Assembly: GCA_963664395.2 (NCBI GenBank)
Contig: OY761159.2
Span: forward strand, 224,001 to 288,000
DNA: 64,000 nt
Source of the DNA: Candidatus Binatia bacterium
GTDB lineage: Bacteria > Desulfobacterota > Binatia > Bin18
Reading direction: 5' to 3'
In this document: positions 56,189 through 64,000 of the stretch, one piece after another
Position numbering within the stretch: position 1 is the stretch's first letter
Layout of the letters: every line of letters starts with the position of its first letter
The notes under the pieces: model-generated
What the model saw: only the letters and a program-made list of their open reading frames with translations
The model's database searches: none
What the model was told of the DNA's origin: nothing
Position numbers and translations under genes: made by a program

Positions 56189-57979
56189 ATGGTAACAATG
56201 TCCAGTGCATTCTGGGCAGCGCCCCTACAAGGGACAGCGCACCCAGCTCCAAGCGAGAAAATGCTGGCACGGCTGCGCTGGCTCGCATTAGGAGCCTGGG
56301 CAGGATTTTTATGGTTTAATCCGCCTGCCCTCTCCCAACCCTTCACTCAATACTGCCTTGTTGCCGGCATCCTGTATTGTCTCTTAGGTCAATATTTTGC
56401 CTACCGTCACTATAAAGGGGCCCCCCTGACCTTTCCCATTGGTTTGAGCGACGTGGTCTTTGTCGCTGCGCTGTGCGGAGTCAGCGGCGGTCTTTTTAGC
56501 CCGATGTACATCTATTTTTATGGACTCACCCTGATCGCTACGCTCCGTTTTAGCTGGCAGGCAGGCTTTGGTATTGCACTCACTGCCGGTATAGCGTCAG
56601 GTCTTCTGCTCCTCCTTGTCCCGCCGCCATCCGCCTCAATCCCGGAACTCTATTCAAGCCTCGCCTTTCGCCTTACCCTGCTTGTTGGCATTGCCGGCTT
56701 AGCCGGTCTTTTTTCTACACCGCCCCTCCCGCAGCTCAACGTTCCGAAAGCGGTTCCAGAACACCCTCACACCAATCGACCCGATACCCTCCGAGAGAAA
56801 CCGGCCATATTGGAAATTGACCCGCTGCTCCAACAGCTCGTTGATGACGTATTGCGGCGTATTCCATGCCAAGGTGCATGTGTTGTCCTCCTCGACCCGG
56901 ACACCCAAGCGTGTGTCAACGTCAAAACTGCCGGGTCTTTTCCCATGCTTGCACCGTCCACGTGGGAGCAGTCCCTTGCTGAAGGAGGCGACCTGCGGGC
57001 GGCACTCGCCCTTGGCTTGGTTGCCCTCAATACCTCACAGGATATCCATACCCGTTTAGCAGCCCTGTCTGAAAAAAACCTGGCTCAGCGTCATCTCCTC
57101 ATCCATCCGCTTGGCGATACCGCATTGCGCGGCTGTCTTCTCTTGTCTGATAGAAATAACCGTGATGGATTTCGCCCCCAAGACAGCCAGGTCCTCGCGG
57201 ACATTGCTCAGTATGCTGTCCCTGCCGTGCAGAATGCGCTCGCCTTCGCCGAGGCCCAACGGGCGACTACCGAGCTGCGCAGTCTCCTCCACGCCGTGCT
57301 CAACGCCCAAGAGGAAGAACGCCAGCGCGTTGTCAGCGAATGGCACAATCAGTTGGGAGAAAAGCTCTTTCGCGTACTCCAAGACTTCCGTGGTTTTCAG
57401 GAATTCGTCTTGCAGCACGCCCCAGAGGGTCGTGAACGCTCTACCAAGCTGGCAGCTGAACTTGATACGATTGCCGCGCTCGTCCGTCAGTTTGCCGATG
57501 ATCTGCTGCCACCGATTCTCGAAGACTTTGGCCTTGTTCAGGCCCTGCGGGCCTATGTAACCGGCCTTCAGGAGCACGAGCCCTTTGAGGTTGTCATGCA
57601 AACGGATGACGGGGGCCGGCCCCTGCCCATACAAACCAGCCGCAAGCTCTTTCGCATCACCCAAGAGGCCCTCCACAATGTACAGCGGCATGCCAAGGCA
57701 AACCATGTTCAGATTGCCTTGACCTTTGAGCAGAAGGGGGTGTCACTCATGATTAAAGATGACGGTCAGGGTTTCCAGCCGGAGCAGTTCACTCCCCCCG
57801 GCCATTACGGCCTGCTCTACATGCGGGAGCAGGCCGTCTCCTGTGGCGGACGTTTCTCAGTGCAAAGTGAGCAGGGACACGGAACAGAGGTGCGCGTAGA
57901 ACTCCCTCTCGATGAAACCCCTCGCCCTACACCTCCGGCAAGCGAAGCTGGCTCCCTGCTATCCGCACGCCTGTCATAG
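56189..57979 (+). CDS. Membrane sensor histidine kinase, GAF + HisKA_3 (NarX/UhpB type)
   Basis: About 6 TM helices; AQEEERQRVVSEWHNQLG H-box, RITQEALHNVQRHA, IKDDGQGF, GHYGL..MRE, GHGT. Confidence 0.88.
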   Translation: MVTMSSAFWAAPLQGTAHPAPSEKMLARLRWLALGAWAGFLWFNPPALSQPFTQYCLVAGILYCLLGQYFAYRHYKGAPLTFPIGLSDVVFVAALCGVSGGLFSPMYIYFYGLTLIATLRFSWQAGFGIALTAGIASGLLLLLVPPPSASIPELYSSLAFRLTLLVGIAGLAGLFSTPPLPQLNVPKAVPEHPHTNRPDTLREKPAILEIDPLLQQLVDDVLRRIPCQGACVVLLDPDTQACVNVKTAGSFPMLAPSTWEQSLAEGGDLRAALALGLVALNTSQDIHTRLAALSEKNLAQRHLLIHPLGDTALRGCLLLSDRNNRDGFRPQDSQVLADIAQYAVPAVQNALAFAEAQRATTELRSLLHAVLNAQEEERQRVVSEWHNQLGEKLFRVLQDFRGFQEFVLQHAPEGRERSTKLAAELDTIAALVRQFADDLLPPILEDFGLVQALRAYVTGLQEHEPFEVVMQTDDGGRPLPIQTSRKLFRITQEALHNVQRHAKANHVQIALTFEQKGVSLMIKDDGQGFQPEQFTPPGHYGLLYMREQAVSCGGRFSVQSEQGHGTEVRVELPLDETPRPTPPASEAGSLLSARLS

Positions 57980-58047
57980 TCGCACGCTACTACTTCGGCA
58001 TGATGCTTCCGGCTGTTGCCGTCTGGAATATATAAGGAGACCGTCAC

Positions 58048-59178
58048 ATGAAGTTTCACCTTTTCATCTATGCCACCTTAGGCCGGCGTCGAGAGCTCGA
58101 AGCCGGGATGGCCGGAAAACGGCCTGAACTCTACCAACGCATGCTCGATGAAGTGGCAGAGTATGTCCAGTTTGCGGACGAGGTTGGCTACGCCGGCTTT
58201 GGGCATCCCGAACATCATCTGCAAATCGAAGGCTTTGAAGCCAGTAACGAGCCGGGCTTGTTGTCCATGTGGATTGGCCAGCATAGCAAAAAACTCAGAG
58301 TGAATATGGTTGGCTGGGTTGCGCCGACGCACAATCCTGTCCGCACGGCAGAGTATATTGCGACCCTTGACCACATGCTCAAAGGCCGCTTGGCAGTCGG
58401 CATGGTGCGGGGCTACCAGGCGCGTTGGGTGCATAATTTTCGTATCCGTCCCGACCTGAACGCGGTGGGCGACTGGAACCGCAATTCAGAAGACGACAAT
58501 ATGAACCGCGAATATTTTCGTGAGTTCGTCGAAGTTGTTCTCACAGCGTTGAAAGAAGATACCTTTAGCTACAAGGGCAAATACTGGACCATTCCACCTG
58601 AAGACTTTATCAATCCGCACCGGCAAGAGGTGTATACCAAGTATGGCACGGGCGTAGATGAGGATATGCACATTCGCGAGATCGGTATTGCGCCTAAACC
58701 GTATCAAGACCCGCATCCGCCAATCTACGGCGGTTTCACCCATAGTATGCGCACCGCACTCTTCTGGGCGCGCTACGGAGGCAAGCCCATTGTCCTGGCC
58801 TCAGACCTCGATTTTTGTCAACGGCTGTGGTCCGGCTATCACGAGGAGGCGCTGAAACACGGTCATGATATTCAGCCCGGAGACGAGGCGGCGTGGGGCG
58901 GCGCACTGATCTGCCATCAAAATAAATCAACCGCGCAAGAATGGCTGACTGATCCAATGTGGATGTGGGACACCTGGTTTACACCGTTTGGCCAAGGACA
59001 TCCCGAGTTATTGGTTGGCGACCCGGATACTATTTCTCGCCGTATTGAAGAAGCCAGCAAGAAGTTCCCCATCAAAGAATGTTTTCTCCTCATCCCGCAA
59101 GGGATTCATGAGCGTGAACAGATACTCAGTTCGCTTGACCTGTTCGCGCACAAGGTCATGCCACGCTTCGCCGATTAG
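58048..59178 (+). CDS. LLM-class flavin-dependent oxidoreductase
   Basis: PEHH, HNPVRTAEYIATLDHMLKGRL, PKPYQDPHPP, LVGDPDTI, LFAHKVMPRF. Confidence 0.92.
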   Translation: MKFHLFIYATLGRRRELEAGMAGKRPELYQRMLDEVAEYVQFADEVGYAGFGHPEHHLQIEGFEASNEPGLLSMWIGQHSKKLRVNMVGWVAPTHNPVRTAEYIATLDHMLKGRLAVGMVRGYQARWVHNFRIRPDLNAVGDWNRNSEDDNMNREYFREFVEVVLTALKEDTFSYKGKYWTIPPEDFINPHRQEVYTKYGTGVDEDMHIREIGIAPKPYQDPHPPIYGGFTHSMRTALFWARYGGKPIVLASDLDFCQRLWSGYHEEALKHGHDIQPGDEAAWGGALICHQNKSTAQEWLTDPMWMWDTWFTPFGQGHPELLVGDPDTISRRIEEASKKFPIKECFLLIPQGIHEREQILSSLDLFAHKVMPRFAD

Positions 59179-59198
59179 ACTGGCCTCATTAGTTCCCT

Positions 59199-61250
59199 AT
59201 GAATACGACCGTAGGCATCGATATTGGTGGGACGTTCACCGACGTCCTGGTCCAGAGCGAAAACGGCCAGGTCTTCCACAAGAAGCTTCCGTCCTGTCCC
59301 GCTCCGTCCGATAGTTTTCAAGCGGCTTTTTCCGTACTGCTTAATAAGAATCTTCAGAACCTGCACCCCAACACGCTCCGGTACAGCACCACGGTTGCCA
59401 CCAACGCGTTACTACAAAACACACTCCCGCGTATCGGTCTGCTCATCACCGCCGGCTTCCGCCATATTTTGGAGTTGAACCGGCCCCAGAGAGATGAAGG
59501 CCCATCTCAGGCCATACCATCTCGACCGGTCGTGCCGCTCGAGTGCATCCGAGAGGTGACCGAACGTCTCGATGCGCAGGGGCGCGTGCAAATACGTATT
59601 GCGGCAGAAGAGATGCACGCCATAGTGGCCTGGTGTCGCGCGCAAAACCTGAAGACCATTGCCGTCTCGCTCTTACACAGCTATCGCAACCCTGAGCCAG
59701 AGAGGCGTCTGAAAGAGCTGCTCAGCGCGGCAGAGCCCTCCCTGCACGTGATTCTCTCATCCGATGTCCTACCCGAACCGCGTGAATATGAACGCACCGT
59801 GGCCACCTGTCTGAACGCGGCCCTCCAGTCCCTGATGGGAACGCATCTCAATCGGGTCAGGCACTGTATGCAGGAGAGTGGTATTCCCCACCTGCCCCTG
59901 ATCATGCAATCGTCCGGCGGGCTGCAAAACGGAGAGAGTGTCAGCCAGCGTCCCTTGGCAACCGTCTTCTCGGGGCCAAGTGCGGCGGCAGTCGGTATGG
60001 CCCGGGTCGGAACCGCAAGTGGATTTACCAACTTTGCCAACTTGATTACGTTTGACATGGGCGGCACCTCAACCGATATCACCCTCATCCAAGATGGACA
60101 GCCTCTTCTCACCACGCACGGCCAAGTCGGCGGGTATCCGCTCCGAACGCCCACGGTCGATATCACCTCCATTGGTGCCGGCGGTGGTTCCATTGCCCAG
60201 GTTGGCCCGGACACCCGTTGGCACGTCGGTCCACTCAGCGCCGGCGCAGACCCAGGGCCGGCCTGTTATGGCAAAGGCGGTAGGGCGGCGACGGTCACCG
60301 ACGCCAATCTTGTCCTTCAGCGTCTCCCCACCTCTCTGCTTGATGGAGAGATTCCTCTTTCCAGGGCAGCGGCGCAGAAAGCACTCTTTGCATTCGGACA
60401 GCCACGCCACAAAAGCGCAGCAGAAACAGCCCAAGACATCCTCCAATTGATGAACCACACCATGTGTGGAGCCATCCGGCGCGTGTGTACTCAGCGCAGC
60501 CTCGACCCTCGGGAGTCGGTCTTAATGGCCGCCGGCGGAGCCGGTCCGTTACACGCTGCCGACCTTGCCGCGCTGCTCGGAATACCAACCGTCGTGATTC
60601 CGGCATATCCGGGCTTTGCCGCTTCCTCAGGTCTATTATGCGCCGATATCCGGGAAGACTTTGCCGCTCCCTACCCTCATAAGGCATCCTCGCTTGATCC
60701 GAATCGGCTTACGCAAATTTTTACGGACCTCGAACAACAGGCCCAGGCAGTCTTTACCCGGAAACAGCTCCCTGAGACAACCAGACAATGCATCCGGTCG
60801 GCGGATTTTCACTATGTCGATATGTCAACCCATCTCTCTATCGACCTGCCTCAAGGCAGGCTCACGAGCGACATACTCGACCACGCCGTTACCCGATTTC
60901 ATCAAAAGCACGAGCACGTCTGTGGCTTTTCATTTCAAGACCGAAAAGAAGTCCGCCTGTCTACCCTGCGCCTGACTGCCCTTGCAGCGCTGCCAAAACC
61001 GTCGCTGCCCACGCTTGCTGAACAGACCGGCCCTCTTCAGCCGCTAGACACGCGGCCGGTCTTCTTTTTTGAAGCGCACGGATTTGTTCCCTGTCCGGTC
61101 TATACTCGGGCGCGCTTGGGGGCAGGGGCTTCTCTCACCGGTCCTGCCATTGTTGAACAGTATGATTCCACGACCCTCATTCCGCCGCATTGTCAGGCCA
61201 GTGTAGACAGGTATGGCAATCTTATTTTGAAGCGCGCCGTTTCCCGATAG
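59199..61250 (+). CDS. Hydantoinase/oxoprolinase subunit A (HyuA-like)
   Basis: GIDIGGTFTD, TTVATNALL, REYERT, MQSSGG, SGPSAA, FDMGGTSTD, IGAGGGSIA, SAGADPGPACYG, GPAIVEQYDSTT. Confidence 0.92.
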   Translation: MNTTVGIDIGGTFTDVLVQSENGQVFHKKLPSCPAPSDSFQAAFSVLLNKNLQNLHPNTLRYSTTVATNALLQNTLPRIGLLITAGFRHILELNRPQRDEGPSQAIPSRPVVPLECIREVTERLDAQGRVQIRIAAEEMHAIVAWCRAQNLKTIAVSLLHSYRNPEPERRLKELLSAAEPSLHVILSSDVLPEPREYERTVATCLNAALQSLMGTHLNRVRHCMQESGIPHLPLIMQSSGGLQNGESVSQRPLATVFSGPSAAAVGMARVGTASGFTNFANLITFDMGGTSTDITLIQDGQPLLTTHGQVGGYPLRTPTVDITSIGAGGGSIAQVGPDTRWHVGPLSAGADPGPACYGKGGRAATVTDANLVLQRLPTSLLDGEIPLSRAAAQKALFAFGQPRHKSAAETAQDILQLMNHTMCGAIRRVCTQRSLDPRESVLMAAGGAGPLHAADLAALLGIPTVVIPAYPGFAASSGLLCADIREDFAAPYPHKASSLDPNRLTQIFTDLEQQAQAVFTRKQLPETTRQCIRSADFHYVDMSTHLSIDLPQGRLTSDILDHAVTRFHQKHEHVCGFSFQDRKEVRLSTLRLTALAALPKPSLPTLAEQTGPLQPLDTRPVFFFEAHGFVPCPVYTRARLGAGASLTGPAIVEQYDSTTLIPPHCQASVDRYGNLILKRAVSR

Positions 61251-61257
61251 ACTGCAC

Positions 61258-62616
61258 ATGTCCTTCCAAGCGCGCCTCACTGCACTGGCCAGCCGCCGAG
61301 CCCAACTCGTCTGGCATCTATGCGTCAACCTCTTTCTGCTCTTGGCAGCATGTGCCATGTGGCTATGGGTCACCTGGCGGGCAGTGTATTTGATTGCCAT
61401 GGTTCCGATTGCCATCATGCCCTTCTCGTATGCCAGGCAACGCCTGCATACCCACTGCTTCAATCTGCTTGGAGCTGCTTCCCTGCCTCTGGCGCTCTTC
61501 AGCCTGGTCGGAATGATTTTCGATGCCATTATGGCGGCCCAGATCCTGACTGCCCGTTCTGGCAGTCCGCTGCCGGTTCTGCACGCTCCCGGCATCTCAT
61601 GGATCGGCGCTCTTTGGTATAGCACCTATGGCATCCTCGTGTTTGGCTATGTCGGTCTTGACACTATCCGCGGGCTGACCCAATTGGCGAAGCGCGGGAG
61701 AGAATGGTGCAGACGGCGACAGTTCCGGCACGCCCAACACGATAGCCCGCCCTCCCCCGAACGGCGGCAATTCATTCAACAGCTCGGACTCGTTGGTGCC
61801 GGAGCACCGTTTTTCTTTTCTCTTTCGAGCGTCAAACTCACCTATGATTTTCAGGTCGAGGAACGAGACCTCAGCCTGCCCGCCTGGCCCACAGCGCTCG
61901 ACGGACTCCGGGTCGCCCATTTGTCAGACATCCACGTTGGCGGGGCAATGGACCGCCCCAAGCTGCTGCACGTTGCCGCACTGACGAATGCAGCCAAACC
62001 TGACATCGTGCTGCATACCGGAGACTTTCTGACACATCGGACCGGCGATTTTGACCTGCCCCTGTACGAAGCGCTGGCCCGGATCAAAGCGCCGTATGGC
62101 CAGTGGGCATGTTTAGGCAACCATGACTTCGATGCCCCCCAACGCCTCATGCGTTATTTGCACCAGTCCGGCGTTGCGACTTTACGCAATCGCGTTGTGA
62201 CGCTCTCGGTCGATGGACAGCCCCTGGAGCTGGCCGGCATGGATTTCCTCTTCCAGCGCTCTGATCGCGCCGGGCTCTACAACCGCATCATCAGCTCCTG
62301 GGGTCCACGTCAGCCTGTTCCGCGTATTCTGCTCAACCACGACCCGCGCGCCTTTGCCGCACTGCCGACACGCTGCGCCGACCTGGTTTTGTCCGGCCAC
62401 ACGCATGGCGGGCACGCAGGGATTCAGTTTGACAAAGATCACGCGCTGAGTATTGTCGGCCTGCTGGGTATTCCCGACCAGGGCCTCTATCATCGCAAAG
62501 ACATGCAGATGTTTGTCACTCGGTGTGTGGGCTTCTATGGCTATCCCATGCGGCTGGGGATTCCGCCGGAGATCTCGATTCTGACGCTCCGTTCTCCCGG
62601 TTCAGTCTCTGTGTAG
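61258..62616 (+). CDS. Membrane-anchored metallophosphoesterase (YkuE/YaeI-like)
   Basis: N-terminal TM helices; LSDIHVG, TGDF, GNHD, LLNHDP, SGHTHGG. Confidence 0.88.
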   Translation: MSFQARLTALASRRAQLVWHLCVNLFLLLAACAMWLWVTWRAVYLIAMVPIAIMPFSYARQRLHTHCFNLLGAASLPLALFSLVGMIFDAIMAAQILTARSGSPLPVLHAPGISWIGALWYSTYGILVFGYVGLDTIRGLTQLAKRGREWCRRRQFRHAQHDSPPSPERRQFIQQLGLVGAGAPFFFSLSSVKLTYDFQVEERDLSLPAWPTALDGLRVAHLSDIHVGGAMDRPKLLHVAALTNAAKPDIVLHTGDFLTHRTGDFDLPLYEALARIKAPYGQWACLGNHDFDAPQRLMRYLHQSGVATLRNRVVTLSVDGQPLELAGMDFLFQRSDRAGLYNRIISSWGPRQPVPRILLNHDPRAFAALPTRCADLVLSGHTHGGHAGIQFDKDHALSIVGLLGIPDQGLYHRKDMQMFVTRCVGFYGYPMRLGIPPEISILTLRSPGSVSV

Positions 62617-62695
62617 CGACATTGTTGCCGAATCCGGTTTCATTCTGTAGACAGGGCCGGCCAAGCGCCATACACTAGCCTGGAGGAGGGGCAGC

Positions 62696-64000
62696 ATGAC
62701 GTGGCGGTTAGCAGTAGACATTGGTGGGACGTTTACTGATGTTGTTGCGCTCGAAGAGACCAGCGGCGTGCTGCATTTAGCAAAAGTGCGCAGCACGCCG
62801 GACGATCCCGCGCAGGGCTTTCTGAACGGCCTTGAGCATATCACCCGGCAAGGGGCGATCCCGGCTCAAGACGTGAGCGCGATCTTTCACGGCACGACAG
62901 TTGCCACCAATGCCATCCTGGAGCGCAAGTATGCAGAGCTGGGTCTGATTATCACCACCGGCTACCGGGAGGCATTAGAGTGCGCGCGCCAGACAGTCCC
63001 CGGAGAATTTGGTGATATCACCTGGTGGATTAAGCCGCCGCGGGTGGTGCCACTCGAACGCATCCGTGAAATCAACGCCCGGATGGACGTTCGGGGCACG
63101 ATCACCCAGGCGCTGGACCGGGACGAAGTGGCGGCCATTGCGCAGGACTTCAAGGCGCAAGGCATTCAGGCCGTGGCCGTTTCGTTATTGCACTCTTACC
63201 GCAACACGGCGCACGAAGAAGAAATCCGGCGCATTATCCAGGACGTGTATCCGGAATGCTTCATTTCCATTTCGTCAGACATCTTACGCGAATACCGTGA
63301 GTACGAACGGACCAATACCACCTGCTTGAACACGGCCCTGATGCCCCTCCTGTCCGCGTATCACGCCCGCATTGAACAACACTTACGCAAACAGAACATC
63401 AGCGCACCGTTTTACATCATGCGCTCCAGCGGCGGACTGGCCCAGGCCCAAGAGGTCTCCCGCTTGCCGATTGCCGCGGCGCTCTCCGGCCCGGCGGCTG
63501 GTGTGATTGCGGCCACCCATTTTGGAGAGCTGAGCGGTAACCGGGACATTATTACCTTTGATATGGGTGGCACCTCGGCGGACATCTGCCTTGTCGAAGA
63601 CGGCAAGCCACATATGCTGACTGAGGGGAAAGTCGATATCTATGACCTGAAAACGCCGATGATCGAGCTGCATACCGTTGGGGCCGGCGGAGGGTCAATT
63701 GCCTGGTTGGCGGGCGGGCGGAGCCTGAAGGTGGGGCCGGATAGTGCTGGCGCGAATCCGGGGCCGGCCTGCTACGGTCGGGGCGGCACTCAGCCTACGG
63801 TCACTGATGCCAATCTGGTTCTGGGACGTATCACACCGACTATCGCCGGGGGGACGGTCTACCTGAACCCCAGTCAGGCCGCCCAGGTTATTGAAGAGCT
63901 CGCCGCGGGCTTAAAACTCGATAGTATAGCAGCGGCAGAAGGCGTTCTGCGCATTGCCATTGAAAACATTGCTGCCGGTATTCGGACGGTATCCGTGAAG
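62696..64000 (+). CDS. Hydantoinase/oxoprolinase subunit A, 3'-truncated by window edge
   Basis: Read from sequence after GGAGGAGG RBS: MTWRLAVDIGGTFTDVV...HGTTVATNAIL...REYERTNT...SGPAAG...FDMGGTSAD...VGAGGGSIA. Confidence 0.9.
   Translation, partial: MTWRLAVDIGGTFTDVVALEETSGVLHLAKVRSTPDDPAQGFLNGLEHITRQGAIPAQDVSAIFHGTTVATNAILERKYAELGLIITTGYREALECARQTVPGEFGDITWWIKPPRVVPLERIREINARMDVRGTITQALDRDEVAAIAQDFKAQGIQAVAVSLLHSYRNTAHEEEIRRIIQDVYPECFISISSDILREYREYERTNTTCLNTALMPLLSAYHARIEQHLRKQNISAPFYIMRSSGGLAQAQEVSRLPIAAALSGPAAGVIAATHFGELSGNRDIITFDMGGTSADICLVEDGKPHMLTEGKVDIYDLKTPMIELHTVGAGGGSIAWLAGGRSLKVGPDSAGANPGPACYGRGGTQPTVTDANLVLGRITPTIAGGTVYLNPSQAAQVIEELAAGLKLDSIAAAEGVLRIAIENIAAGIRTVSVK

Noticed and set aside
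1-64000. tRNA, rRNA, tmRNA, prophage or IS elements
   Set aside because: No cloverleaf/T-loop patterns, rRNA-like tracts, phage structural genes, transposases or integrases were recognised by eye; a covariance-model scan would be needed to exclude small RNAs

Overview
Bacterial chromosomal segment, mostly GC-rich (roughly 60% by eye) with several AT-richer inserts. The housekeeping backbone is a homodimer-type glycyl-tRNA synthetase, rpmE2-prfA-prmC-murA-hisD-hisB...hisH...hisA...hisF, moaC and an RlmI-like methyltransferase. Many catabolic/redox genes are interleaved: at least 5 luciferase-like monooxygenases, 2 SDRs, 2 GSTs, frc, 2 sodium:solute symporter paralogues, a PQQ beta-propeller, BKACE and 2 hydantoinase/oxoprolinase A subunits. 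This gene mix suggests a deltaproteobacterium-like (Binatia-type, possibly sponge-associated) genome, which is inference only. I recognised no rRNA, tRNA, CRISPR array, integrase or transposase. Main unexplained structures: (1) 5.6-11.7 kb, two tandem modules of the form [symporter 3' end]-[defence-like cargo]-[shared 64-bp GTTAGGC leader]-[gene]; one carries a toxin-antitoxin pair bounded by complementary integron-type GTTAGGC/GCCTAAC core sites, and genes are truncated at GTT junctions elsewhere. (2) 39.5-45 kb, inside the his operon: a PAS/LuxR-HTH regulator and two secreted proteins sharing an unannotated ~135-aa C-terminal domain, with a duplicated promoter (palindromic operator + IHF consensus + TTGACA). 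(3) A his operon split by three insertions, with apparent secondary promoters. (4) Several short tandem duplications in ORFs, one frameshifting a YiiX-like gene. All family calls come from motif recognition, not database searches.
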